This document shows positions 28,227 to 38,204 of a stretch of 64,000 bases of DNA, one piece after another (the stretch's first letter is position 1; the number at the start of each line of letters is the position of its first letter). A program made the position numbers and the translations under genes. The DNA comes from an uncultured Alphaproteobacteria bacterium (GTDB lineage Bacteria > Pseudomonadota > Alphaproteobacteria > JAJFIK01), in contig CAZLPU010000007.1 of the NCBI GenBank assembly GCA_964561475.1, positions 15,367 through 79,366 of the forward strand, in the 5' to 3' direction. The notes beneath the pieces were generated by a model that was given only the letters and a program-made list of their open reading frames with translations, had not been told where the DNA came from and made no database searches.

Positions 28227-29276
28227 TCAGGCGGCGTCCTGCAAAACTTCCCGGGTCTGACGGGCGGAGCGGGCCCAACTGTAGTCAACGGCCCGGATGC
28301 GTCCCAGACGGGCAAGCCGATCCCGGTCCCGGTCATTATCCGCCAGATCGATAATCGCACCGGCAATAGCGCCAGCATCCATGGGATCGATCAGCATGCC
28401 CGCATCACCGACCACCTCGGCCATGGCAGTGTCCCGGCTGGTAATGACCGGCACGCCACTGGCCATGGCCTCGAGCGGGGGCAGCCCGAACCCTTCGTAG
28501 AGAGAAGGGTAGACCAGCATCCGGGCACCGGCGATCAGGGCAGGGAGTACTGCGTCGGGCACATGGCCGGTGAAATGGATCCGCTCCGGCAATGTGCCGA
28601 ATGTGCACGCGGCGTAATGGCGGGCCTCGCCTTCCTGACCGGCAATGATAAGTGTGGCCTCAAGCCCGTGACGCTCCTGCACCTGCGCCCAGGCCTGCAC
28701 AAGCCGACCGACATTCTTGCGGGGCTGGACCGACCCAAGACACAGAACATAAGGACCGTCTGGCAATCCCAGGCTGGCGCGCATGGCGGCGATGGTTTCC
28801 TCGGACTGGGGTGCGAACCGGTCACTGACCCCATTGGGGATCACCGCGATACGCTCCTCGGGCACATTCACATGGGCGAGAATACGGTCCTTGGTGAAGG
28901 CGGAAATGGTAATGATGCGGCGCACCCGGGGCAGCAGCCTGGACAGCAGGAACTGATACCACTGGGCATTCCGCCGGCTGAGGGTTTCCGGGCAGTCGAA
29001 ATACACCATGTCATGAACGGTGACCACCTGGCTCGCGAAACGCCAGGGCCCCGAATTGCTCGGACTCCAGAGCAGTCCGCGCACTTTCCCGGGCAGGAGA
29101 CATTGCTCCCACGCATGGGCACGCAGGCCTTGGAGCCGTTGGCTTGGATGAACGGTCACGGTGCGGGCGTCCTGGTCCGGATCATCCTGCCAGTGGGACA
29201 GGATCTCCCGGGCGTAGCGCTGCACGCCGGTGACGGGCTGCATGAGAATGCGCCCATTGACAGTTAAGGTCATCAT
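28227..29276 (-). CDS. Glycosyltransferase family 4.
   Basis: TGVQRYAREIL is at the N-terminus. The EX7E-type block is YPSLYEGFGLPPLEAMASGVPVITS. The start is taken at an ATG (MMTLTVNG); the track ORF begins at a GTG at 29288. Confidence 0.85.
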   Translation of the reverse strand: MMTLTVNGRILMQPVTGVQRYAREILSHWQDDPDQDARTVTVHPSQRLQGLRAHAWEQCLLPGKVRGLLWSPSNSGPWRFASQVVTVHDMVYFDCPETLSRRNAQWYQFLLSRLLPRVRRIITISAFTKDRILAHVNVPEERIAVIPNGVSDRFAPQSEETIAAMRASLGLPDGPYVLCLGSVQPRKNVGRLVQAWAQVQERHGLEATLIIAGQEGEARHYAACTFGTLPERIHFTGHVPDAVLPALIAGARMLVYPSLYEGFGLPPLEAMASGVPVITSRDTAMAEVVGDAGMLIDPMDAGAIAGAIIDLADNDRDRDRLARLGRIRAVDYSWARSARQTREVLQDAA

Positions 29277-29756
29277 CAAGCCCTTCACTTCTTGATGATT
29301 GAATGTGGACAGCTCGTAATGTGTCCGAGTCGCGCCGCCGTGTCGCCATTTCTTGCGCTGAAACGGAATTTACTGCCCGGGCTCACACATCACGGAGCCC
29401 ATGGGAAGGTCAGCTCCGTTCGATTAAGGAAGCGTCAACATGGGACCAACGGACTGATCCGGCGGCCTGTGTCGGGCGTCAAACCCAGGAAGGCTTCAGC
29501 CCTTGTTAAGGATGATCTGGCTGCCTGCGACCCAGTTGCGCATTTTTTCTCATACGATCCCCATCCTGAGCCTTCCGCCTGGCAATCAAGGACCAGGTCG
29601 CTGGGATCAGTATTCAGGGATCGGCACCCAGGGAGCAGCCTTGTGTCTACGTCCGCCCACCCCGCGCCGCTTGACGATCAGCCCCCTGCCCAAGCGCCCT
29701 CGTCTGAGCAAAGCCATGGCTTGGCACAGACCGAGGACGGCGAAGGGCCTCAGGCG

Positions 29757-30743
29757 ATGGCCATAACCATCGGCGAGACCCCTGCCAATCAGGATACGCC
29801 CGATCGGGAGATCCTCGGCGCGCTGATCGCGGAACGGCTCCGGTCAAGTGCGGCTCATCTGACCGCAGAGTTTCGCCAGTCCGGGCGCATTCCCGCCTTC
29901 GTTCTGGACGACCTGGTGCCTGCAAGCATCGCGAGGCGAATTTACGCCGCCTTCCCGGAAACCCGGTTCATGCGCACCCTGAACACATTCCGGGAACATA
30001 AATGCATCGCCGCCCAGATGGATGATCATGATCCGATCCTGGAGGAAGCGGTTTATGCTTTCCAGCAGCCGGAGGTCATTGAGGCAATCGCGGCCATCAC
30101 CGGGCTCGAAGGTCTTGAGCCGGATGAGCATCTCTATGCCGGTGGCATCTCCCGAATGGAGAAGGGCCATTTCCTCAATCCCCATCTGGACAACTCCCAT
30201 GACAAGGATCGGCAGCGCTATCGGGTCCTCAACTTATTGTGGTATGTGACCCCGGACTATCCGGATGGTCAGGGGGGCAATCTGGAGCTTTGGGACGCGG
30301 GGCCCAAGGGTACACCGCGGGAAATACCGAGCTTTTTCAATCGGCTGGCCGTGATGGCGACGGACCGGACCTCATGGCATTCGGTGAGCCCCATCACCGG
30401 TGACGTGCCCCGGTGCTGCGTCTCGAACTATTATTTTTCCCAGGTGCCTCTGGGTGAATCCCCCTATTTTCATGTAACGTCCTACCGGGGACGGCCCGAG
30501 CAGACATTCCGTGATCTTCTGCTCAGCACGGACGCCCGGATCCGTATGGCCTTGCGCCGCCTCTTCCCGAATGGTGTCCGGGAAAATCCCCATGTCTACA
30601 AGCGGCCGGACTTGCCGGACCAACCTATCACGGGGGACCAATCTGGCACGGGGGATCAATCTGCCACGGAAGATCGTGCGGAGACCGGAGATCGTCATGG
30701 GGCCGCGACTGGTGATAGGTTTGACGACAGTACAAAACCCTGA
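29757..30743 (+). CDS. 2-oxoglutarate/Fe(II)-dependent oxygenase (prolyl-4-hydroxylase-like fold) with a low-complexity C-terminal tail.
   Basis: The H-x-D...H facial triad context is GHFLNPHLDNSHD ... NRLAVMATDRTSWHSVSPI, with LELWD between. The start is uncertain because the frame is open back to a TTG at 29292. Confidence 0.65.
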   Translation: MAITIGETPANQDTPDREILGALIAERLRSSAAHLTAEFRQSGRIPAFVLDDLVPASIARRIYAAFPETRFMRTLNTFREHKCIAAQMDDHDPILEEAVYAFQQPEVIEAIAAITGLEGLEPDEHLYAGGISRMEKGHFLNPHLDNSHDKDRQRYRVLNLLWYVTPDYPDGQGGNLELWDAGPKGTPREIPSFFNRLAVMATDRTSWHSVSPITGDVPRCCVSNYYFSQVPLGESPYFHVTSYRGRPEQTFRDLLLSTDARIRMALRRLFPNGVRENPHVYKRPDLPDQPITGDQSGTGDQSATEDRAETGDRHGAATGDRFDDSTKP

Positions 30744-30879
30744 CAATGCCGACGCGTGGTCGCGATTGTGCGTTCGCGCGTCTCATGGTTTCCCTGCCGA
30801 CGATCTTTAAGATGACCATCTATAGGATGGATGCTGGCGAGCGTCGCGGGCAGGCGCACCGGAAAACTGGACAACATCA

Positions 30880-31446
30880 ATGCTTGATATCGTCGCTCTC
30901 GACATACCAGACGTGAAGCTGATCACGCCGAAACGCTTTGAGGATCCCCGTGGTTTCTTCTCGGAGACCTATAATGAGCGCCGGTTTCGTCAGGAAGCGG
31001 ATATCCCCCATGGGTTTGTCCAGGACAATCATTCCCTGTCCGTACCTCGCCATACCTTGCGGGGCCTCCATATTCAGCGTCCACCCTATGCCCAGGCCAA
31101 GCTGATCCGGGTGCTGCGGGGCTCCATCCTGGATGTGGCGGTGGACGTGCGCATCGGATCGCCGACCTATGGTCGGGCGGTGACCACGGAGCTCAGTTCC
31201 CGGAACTGGACCCAGCTTTACGTCCCGGAAGGGTTTCTCCACGGTTTCGTGACCTTGGAGGCCGATACGGAAGTGCTCTACAAGGTTTCGGCCTTCTACA
31301 ACAAGGATTCCGAGGACGGGGTGATCTGGAACGATCCGGACATCGCGGTACCCTGGGGCGTGGCGCCGGAGGATGTTCTGCTTTCGGACAAGGACCAGGT
31401 GCTTGGTCTGCTGAAGGATTTCGACTCGCCCTTCTGTTTCGGCTGA
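30880..31446 (+). CDS. rmlC: dTDP-4-dehydrorhamnose 3,5-epimerase.
   Basis: PKRFEDPRGFFSETYN, QDNHSLS...TLRGLHIQ and AKLIRVLRGSILDVAVDVR are canonical RmlC cupin blocks. Confidence 0.92.
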   Translation: MLDIVALDIPDVKLITPKRFEDPRGFFSETYNERRFRQEADIPHGFVQDNHSLSVPRHTLRGLHIQRPPYAQAKLIRVLRGSILDVAVDVRIGSPTYGRAVTTELSSRNWTQLYVPEGFLHGFVTLEADTEVLYKVSAFYNKDSEDGVIWNDPDIAVPWGVAPEDVLLSDKDQVLGLLKDFDSPFCFG

Positions 31447-31495
31447 TGGGACCGGTGCGTTGTGATGCGCCCTATTCGATGGCAAAGGTGACAGC

Positions 31496-32629
31496 ATGAA
31501 AATTCTTCTAACCGGCGGTGCGGGCTTTATCGGATCCGCGGTGGTGCGCCATCTGCTCACCCACACCGATCATCACGTGGTGACCGTGGATAAGCTGACC
31601 TATGCCGGGTCCCTGTCCACCCTGGATGAAGTACTGCCCAGCGACCGGCACGCTTTTGAGCAGGTCGATATCTGCGACCGGAAGGCTCTTGAACGGGTGT
31701 TCCGCGAGCATGAGCCCGACGGGGTGATGCATCTCGCAGCGGAGTCCCATGTGGACCGGTCCATCGACGGTCCGTCCACGTTTATCGAGACCAATGTCAC
31801 CGGCACATTCACTTTGTTGGACGTAGCGCTGCGCCACTGGCAGGAGCTGGACGAGGGCCGTCAGAAGGCGTTCCGGTTCCACCATGTTTCCACCGATGAG
31901 GTGTATGGCGCTCTTGGAGCGGAAGGGATGTTTACTGAGGAAACACCCTACGCGCCCAACTCACCCTATGCTGCGAGCAAGGCCGCGTCGGATCACCTGG
32001 TGCGGGCTTGGTGGAAAACCTACGGTCTGCCCGTCGTCATCAGCAATTGTTCCAATAATTACGGACCCTATCAGTTCCCTGAGAAACTGATCCCCCTTGC
32101 GATCCTCAAGGCAGTGCGGGGCGAGGCCATTCCGGTCTATGGAAAGGGTGACAATATCCGCGATTGGCTCCATGTCGAGGACCATGCCCGGGCCCTGGTG
32201 CTGATTTTCACGCAAGGAGTCGTGGGCGAAAAATACAATGTGGGCGGCGAATGCGAACTGACCAATCTGGACATGGTGGAACGCCTTTGTCGGCTCGTGG
32301 ATGAGCGTTGCCCCGCCCTGGATCAGGGTCCCCGCACGGGCCTGATCACCTTTGTCTCTGATCGTCCGGGCCATGATTTCCGTTATGCGATCGAGACGGA
32401 CCATATCCGCGCCACTCTGGGTTGGCAGCCGGAACGCACCATTGATGAAGGGCTGGCCCAGACCGTCGACTGGTACCTCAACAATGGCGACTGGATCGAA
32501 AAAATTCGAGCCGAGCGGTATGACGGCCAGCGGCTCGGTCTGGGCGCCGGTGGAGCCTCCACTGGACATGAGGCCGCTCATTCCTCTCCCCGGTCTTTGC
32601 GGGGCGAGAGCCCGAAGGCGGTAGCATGA
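31496..32629 (+). CDS. rmlB: dTDP-glucose 4,6-dehydratase.
   Basis: [21 protein letters not shown] is the Rossmann motif. HVSTDEVYG and [15 protein letters not shown] give the catalytic YxxxK, followed by [18 protein letters not shown]. Confidence 0.92.
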   Translation: MKILLTGGAGFIGSAVVRHLLTHTDHHVVTVDKLTYAGSLSTLDEVLPSDRHAFEQVDICDRKALERVFREHEPDGVMHLAAESHVDRSIDGPSTFIETNVTGTFTLLDVALRHWQELDEGRQKAFRFHHVSTDEVYGALGAEGMFTEETPYAPNSPYAASKAASDHLVRAWWKTYGLPVVISNCSNNYGPYQFPEKLIPLAILKAVRGEAIPVYGKGDNIRDWLHVEDHARALVLIFTQGVVGEKYNVGGECELTNLDMVERLCRLVDERCPALDQGPRTGLITFVSDRPGHDFRYAIETDHIRATLGWQPERTIDEGLAQTVDWYLNNGDWIEKIRAERYDGQRLGLGAGGASTGHEAAHSSPRSLRGESPKAVA

Positions 32630-33546
32630 AAATCCTGGTTCTGGGCAGAAGCGGCCAGGTGGCCCAGGCTCTTCAGCAGGCTGATTGGCCCCAGGACATG
32701 AGTGTCCAGGCCGCGGGACGGCCCGAGGGAGACATCACCCGCTGGCCCGCCATGGCCCGTGTCTTTGAGGACATCTGCCCGGATCTGGTGGTCAATGCCG
32801 CCGCCTATACGGCTGTGGATCAGGCGGAAACCGATGCTCACGAGGCTAGGGCGGGCAATGTCATCGGTCCGGCCATCATTGCTCAGGCCTGCGATCTTCA
32901 CGGCATACCTTTGATCCATCTGTCGACGGATTACATCTTTGATGGCTGCAAGCAGGAACCCTACCGGGAAGACGACACGCCAAATCCCCAGAATGTCTAC
33001 GGCCTGACCAAATGGCACGGCGAAGAGGCGGTCGCCGCCACCTTGGAACGCCATGTCACCCTGCGGACGTCCTGGGTCTATAGTGCGGGCGGCAGCAACT
33101 TTGTACGGACCATGCTGCGGCTGGGTGCGGAACGGGACCGTCTGTCCGTTGTCGATGACCAGACCGGAGCGCCCACCTTCGCGCCGGATATTGCCGCTGC
33201 AATCGTGGCTCTCTGTACCCGGATCAGGGACGGCGGCGATCCGTGGGGACCGATGCATTTCTGCGCGGCGGGGCACACCACCTGGTATGGCTTCGCCCAG
33301 GCGGTTTTTGAAAGCGCTTCGGGTCGGGAGGGCGCACCGCCGTTGCCCGCCCTCAGCCCCGTCGCCACCGCCGCGTTTCCAAGGCCCGCGTTCCGGCCCG
33401 CCAATTCGAGGCTTGATTGCAGCCGGTACGACCAGATGATCGGCGAGCCGAGGCGGACCTGGCAGGAGGGGCTTGCCGATTGTCTGGACCAGCTTTTGGG
33501 TCCAGTGCAGCCAAACGGTCAGTCGGTTATCGCCAAGGCCGGATAG
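32626..33546 (+). CDS. rmlD: dTDP-4-dehydrorhamnose reductase.
   Basis: [38 protein letters not shown] and YGLTKWHGE (YxxxK) are present. There is a 4-nt ATGA overlap with rmlB. Confidence 0.9.
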   Translation: MKILVLGRSGQVAQALQQADWPQDMSVQAAGRPEGDITRWPAMARVFEDICPDLVVNAAAYTAVDQAETDAHEARAGNVIGPAIIAQACDLHGIPLIHLSTDYIFDGCKQEPYREDDTPNPQNVYGLTKWHGEEAVAATLERHVTLRTSWVYSAGGSNFVRTMLRLGAERDRLSVVDDQTGAPTFAPDIAAAIVALCTRIRDGGDPWGPMHFCAAGHTTWYGFAQAVFESASGREGAPPLPALSPVATAAFPRPAFRPANSRLDCSRYDQMIGEPRRTWQEGLADCLDQLLGPVQPNGQSVIAKAG

Positions 33547-33796
33547 AGTGTGATCCGACCGGGTTGGATCACCAGCCGCGATCGCGGACTGGCGCCCCTG
33601 CGCCGCCCTGCGCCGCGTCAGCGGACGTGCTGCGCACCGTGAGCGACAAATCGCCATTGCCCATTCCGTTTGAACACAACCGACCTTAAAATCTGCACAC
33701 GGTCTTTGCCCCCTGTTAATCCTCCTCTGGATACGGATGAGAGCATGTCATCCGGCACCCCGCCACCCGCCGGGGTCGATCCAGAGGAGCGCAGCC

Positions 33797-34834
33797 ATGG
33801 CAAATCCGTCCGTCAAGAGATCTGACCCGCCGCTGGAGCCCCTTCTGGATGCCGCTGAAGCGGCCGCTTCCGGCGGTCAGCCCCGCGCCGCAACAGCGCC
33901 CTCCCTGGCCCTGCTCCTGCCCACTCTGAATGCGGCACCCCATCTTGATGCGTTTCTGCCTGCGCTGGAGCGCCAGAACCGCCGGTGGAACAGGTTTCTG
34001 GTGATCGATTCCGGCTCCCGGGACGGCACAGTGGAGCGTTTGTCCGCCTTCGGCGCGGAGGTGGTCTCCATCCCCCAGTCGGAATTCAATCATGGCGGCA
34101 CCCGGCGCCGGGGTGTGGAAGCCCTGAAGGATCATGAAATCATCGTCTGTCTGACTCAGGATGCGATCCTTGCGGAGGAAGACAGTCTCGACCGCCTTGT
34201 GGCGCCCTTTGAGGATGAGCGGGTGGGGATGACCTATGCCCGCCAGCTTCCCCGGCCCGAGGCCCGGGGGATCGAGCGTCATGCGCGGCTGTTCAACTAT
34301 CCGGGTATGGATCAGGGCCACGAACTGCGCCGCCTCGCCGATCGGGAGCGGCTGGGCATCAAGACCGTGTTCTGCTCCAATTCCTGTGCCGCCTATCGCC
34401 GGAGTGCCCTGATGGAAGTCGGCAACTTTCCGGAGGATGCCGTCTTCGCCGAAGATCAGACCGTATCCGGACGGATGATCCTGCGGGGATGGTCCATGGC
34501 CTACTGCGCGGATGCGCCGGTGATCCATTCCCATGATTATACCGTTTCGGAGGATTTCAAGCGGTCCTTCGATGTGGGCGTGTTCCATGCGCGCAACCCC
34601 TGGCTTTGGGAAGTTTTTGGCACCGCCGAAGGGGAGGGGCTGCGCTATGTCCGTTCGGAACTTGATTATCTGCGCCGCCATGAGCCTCTGTCGATTCCCG
34701 GCGCGGTCGTCCGTACGGCCGCCAAATATGCGGGATACCGTCTTGGCCGCTTGGAGCGGCGGATGTCCGCTGCCCTCAAGGCCCGCCTCAGTATGGCGGG
34801 CTATTACTGGCGCCGGCAAATGACCGAGGAGTGA
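33797..34834 (+). CDS. Glycosyltransferase family 2 (rhamnosyltransferase-like).
   Basis: LALLLPTLNAAPHLDAFLPAL...FLVIDSGSRDGT is a GT-A N-terminal pattern, followed by the DxD-like TQDAIL. A GAGGAG RBS lies 6 nt upstream of the ATG at 33797. The gene is embedded between rmlD and rmlA. Confidence 0.75.
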   Translation: MANPSVKRSDPPLEPLLDAAEAAASGGQPRAATAPSLALLLPTLNAAPHLDAFLPALERQNRRWNRFLVIDSGSRDGTVERLSAFGAEVVSIPQSEFNHGGTRRRGVEALKDHEIIVCLTQDAILAEEDSLDRLVAPFEDERVGMTYARQLPRPEARGIERHARLFNYPGMDQGHELRRLADRERLGIKTVFCSNSCAAYRRSALMEVGNFPEDAVFAEDQTVSGRMILRGWSMAYCADAPVIHSHDYTVSEDFKRSFDVGVFHARNPWLWEVFGTAEGEGLRYVRSELDYLRRHEPLSIPGAVVRTAAKYAGYRLGRLERRMSAALKARLSMAGYYWRRQMTEE

Positions 34835-35093
34835 CAGTCTGTGGCGCAGGTCCCTCTAAAAGGCCATGTTTTCCCCGCCTGGAAGATGATAGCATTCTTA
34901 AAGTAAGATGGCCATGGGTCCGCGGTTTTTCCAATGGTGCTTGCGCTCAGGCCTGAATGACCAGGGCAACTTTGAAGACCGGGTTCAAGCTTTGTTTACC
35001 ATCTCCGGCCACACAGTTTGATAAGGGTCGTGAATGAGGACGCCTGTTCCGCAAAGCCATGGCGGTGCGGTCCGGGCGAGAGAGGTGAAGGCG

Positions 35094-36029
35094 ATGATTG
35101 ACAAGGGAATTATTCTGGCAGGCGGATCGGGCACGCGGCTCTATCCCGCCACCATTCCCGTGAGCAAGCAATTGCTGCCGGTCTACGACAAGCCCATGGT
35201 CTATTACCCCCTCACCACCCTGATGCTGGCCGGGATCCGCTCGGTGCTGATCATCACGCGGCCGGAGGAACAGCATCTGTTCAAGGCGGTTCTTGGGGAT
35301 GGATCCCAATGGGGCCTGTCCCTGTCCTATGTGGTCCAGGACGAGCCCAGGGGCATTGCCGAGGCTTTCATTATCGGTGAGGAGTTTATCGCTGGTGATC
35401 CGGTCTGCCTCATTCTGGGTGATAATATTTTCTACTCGGAGGGTTTGAGCCACCGGCTTCAGTCCGCCGCTCGTCTGGAGGACGGGGCCATCGTCTTTAC
35501 CCAGTGGGTGAATGACCCTGAGCGCTACGGCGTGGCGGAATTCGATGATCAGGGCCGGGTCCTGAGCATCGAGGAAAAGCCCGCTAAGCCGAAATCGAGC
35601 TATGCGGTCACAGGGCTGTACTTCTATGACGGGACGGTCAGTGCCCGGAGCCGGACATTGAAACCGTCAGCCCGTGGTGAGCTGGAAATCACGGATCTGA
35701 ACAGTCTGTATCTCGAGGACGGCACGTTGCGGGTCGAAATTCTCGGCCGGGGTGTGGCGTGGCTCGATACGGGCACCCATGATTCCCTGCTTGAGGCGTC
35801 AAACTTCGTTGCGTCCATCGAGCGACGCCAGGGTCTCCAGATCGCGAGCCCTGAGGAAATCGCATTCCGGATGAATTGGATCGACGGGGATCAGTTGGTG
35901 GCTTTGGCGCAGCCGCTCATGAAGACCGAGTACGGACAGTACCTGCACCGGCTGGCCACTGCGCCCCAGGCCCATGGGGTCGCCAATCCGACCGTGCCGT
36001 CCTTTCCCACCCTGGCTGCCGTCCGGTAG
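35094..36029 (+). CDS. rmlA: Glucose-1-phosphate thymidylyltransferase.
   Basis: [59 protein letters not shown] and [13 protein letters not shown] are present. Confidence 0.92.
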   Translation: MIDKGIILAGGSGTRLYPATIPVSKQLLPVYDKPMVYYPLTTLMLAGIRSVLIITRPEEQHLFKAVLGDGSQWGLSLSYVVQDEPRGIAEAFIIGEEFIAGDPVCLILGDNIFYSEGLSHRLQSAARLEDGAIVFTQWVNDPERYGVAEFDDQGRVLSIEEKPAKPKSSYAVTGLYFYDGTVSARSRTLKPSARGELEITDLNSLYLEDGTLRVEILGRGVAWLDTGTHDSLLEASNFVASIERRQGLQIASPEEIAFRMNWIDGDQLVALAQPLMKTEYGQYLHRLATAPQAHGVANPTVPSFPTLAAVR

Positions 36030-36134
36030 CGACGCGCGGGCCTTCCTTCCGCCTCTTGTTGAATGGGCCGCCGATTGCGGTGTGCCCAAACGAACCCGGC
36101 CGCCTTCCGCTGGCCTGACAGATTGTGGACCGCC

Positions 36135-37325
36135 ATGAGCAGACCCGACTTTCTCGTTTTCGGCGCACCTCTCATCGAACAGGCAGAGATTGACGAGGTC
36201 GTCGCGACCCTGCGCTCCGGCTGGCTGGGGACGGGTCCGAAGACGGCGCGTTTCGAAGAGGACTTTGCCCGGTACAAATACGGTGGAGCCGGGCTGGAGC
36301 GGGGTGCCGCCGCGGTCAGTTCCTGCACCGCCGCGCTTCACTTGTCCCTGTTATGTGCGGGCGTCGGCGACGGGGATGAGGTGATCACCACACCCCTGAC
36401 ATTCTGCAGTACAGTGAACACCATCCTCCATGCGGGTGCAAAACCGGTTCTGGCGGATGTGGACCCGCTGACCCAGAATATCGATCCTGCACGGATTGAG
36501 GAGCGGATCACACCGCGGACAAAGGCCATTCTTCCCGTGCATTTTGCGGGCCGCCTGTGCGATATGACCGCGATCATGGACATCGCCCGGCGCCATGGCC
36601 TGAAAGTGATCGAGGATTGCGCCCATGCCATCGAGACATTTGGTCCCGAGGGGCGGGCCGGCACCATCGGCGATTTCGGCTGCTTCAGTTTCTATGTGAC
36701 CAAAAATGTGGCTACCGGCGAGGGGGGCATGATCCTGGCCCGCGAGCCGGAGGATCTGGAAAAGGTTCGCCGCCTGCGCCTCCACGGGTTGAGCCGGGAT
36801 GCCTGGAACCGTTTCGGTAAGGAAGGTTACAAGCATTATCAGGTGACGGATCTTGGCTTCAAGTACAATCTGACGGACCTGCAGGCCGCTATCGGTCTCC
36901 ATCAGTTGCGCCGTGTGGAAGACTGCTGGACCAAGCGCCGGACCATCTGGCAGCGTTATGATCAGGCGCTTCAGGGCTATGGGTTCACCCGCCCGGCGCC
37001 GGACGCGCCCGGCACGCGCCACGCGTATCATCTCTACACGATCTTGATCGATGAAGTTGCCTGCGGCGTTGGCCGGGACTCCGTGCTTGAGGAAATGACC
37101 CGCCGCAATATCGGCGTGGGCGTCCATTATCTCAGCATTGCCGACCATCCCTTCTACCAGGATGCCCTGGGCATGGACCCGGCGGAGACACCCAATGCCA
37201 CCAGGATCGGGCGCCAAACCGTCAGTCTGCCCCTGTCCGCCAGAATGTCCCTTGAGGACGTTGAGGATGTGGTCTGGGCGGTGGACGATCTGTTCGGTGC
37301 CTCGCCAAGGGCGTTGGCCGTTTGA
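36135..37325 (+). CDS. DegT/DnrJ/EryC1/StrS-family PLP-dependent sugar aminotransferase.
   Basis: The N-terminus is FGAPLIEQAEIDEVVATLRSGWLGTGPKTARFEEDFA, followed by SSCTAALHL. FSFYVTKNVATGEGG carries the PLP lysine context. Confidence 0.88.
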   Translation: MSRPDFLVFGAPLIEQAEIDEVVATLRSGWLGTGPKTARFEEDFARYKYGGAGLERGAAAVSSCTAALHLSLLCAGVGDGDEVITTPLTFCSTVNTILHAGAKPVLADVDPLTQNIDPARIEERITPRTKAILPVHFAGRLCDMTAIMDIARRHGLKVIEDCAHAIETFGPEGRAGTIGDFGCFSFYVTKNVATGEGGMILAREPEDLEKVRRLRLHGLSRDAWNRFGKEGYKHYQVTDLGFKYNLTDLQAAIGLHQLRRVEDCWTKRRTIWQRYDQALQGYGFTRPAPDAPGTRHAYHLYTILIDEVACGVGRDSVLEEMTRRNIGVGVHYLSIADHPFYQDALGMDPAETPNATRIGRQTVSLPLSARMSLEDVEDVVWAVDDLFGASPRALAV

Positions 37326-37392
37326 TCGGCTGGGCTGAGACAGTGTCACCGAGAGAAAATCAGTAAACGGCTCATCAGAAAGACGCAGCGCC

Positions 37393-38085
37393 ATGGCTTG
37401 GGACTATCGCAACTGGGTGATCCGGCGGATCCACGATCGGGCCGTGGAAGAAGCCGCGCGCCGTCATTTCAGTGGACGCCTTATTGACATCGGTTGCGGC
37501 ACCAAACCCTACAAGACCATGATGGCACCGGTCGTGGAAAGCCATACCGGTGTGGACCACGACGGCTGCATTCACGATCACTCCGCCATCGATCTCGTGG
37601 GCAGCGCCTATGAAATTCCGTGTGATGACGGGCAATTCGATTCTGCGCTGTGTACGGCGGTTCTCGAACACCTGGAGGAACCTGAATTGGCTCTCCGGGA
37701 GTGCTTCCGGGTTCTCAAGCCAGGGGGTGCTGCTCTTTATACCGTTCCCTTTATTTGGCACATCCACGAAGCGCCCCGGGATTTTTACCGGTTCAGTGAG
37801 TTCGGCCTGCGCCATCTGTTCGAGAAAACGGGCTTCGAGGCGGTCGAGATCCAGCCCTTGTCCGGCTTCTGGATCACGTTTGCCACCCTGTTCACCTATT
37901 CGATCAGCCGTCTGAACCGGGGGCCACTGCGCTACATCCCGATCATTCCGGCCTTGTCGACTTTTATTCAGGGTACAGCCTGGCTGATCAACCGGGCGGA
38001 TCGAAGCCATGAATGGACCTGGATGTATCTGGTGACCGCCCGCAAGCCGGTGGCCGTCTCCGGCGATGTTCCGATTGCCGCATAA
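37393..38085 (+). CDS. Class I SAM-dependent methyltransferase.
   Basis: LIDIGCGTKPY is motif I, followed by FDSALCTAVLEHLEEP and LKPGGAAL. The C-terminal stretch is hydrophobic. Confidence 0.75.
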   Translation: MAWDYRNWVIRRIHDRAVEEAARRHFSGRLIDIGCGTKPYKTMMAPVVESHTGVDHDGCIHDHSAIDLVGSAYEIPCDDGQFDSALCTAVLEHLEEPELALRECFRVLKPGGAALYTVPFIWHIHEAPRDFYRFSEFGLRHLFEKTGFEAVEIQPLSGFWITFATLFTYSISRLNRGPLRYIPIIPALSTFIQGTAWLINRADRSHEWTWMYLVTARKPVAVSGDVPIAA

Positions 38086-38204
38086 GTCAGGGGCATAATT
38101 CCGTAAGCGAATTGTCCAGAATCATTCATGGTGTTGAAAGACCGCCGGGGGCGGGATGGCGAAATGTGGGGCGGGTTCGGTTACTCTTTCGGAGGGCTCG
38201 GTCC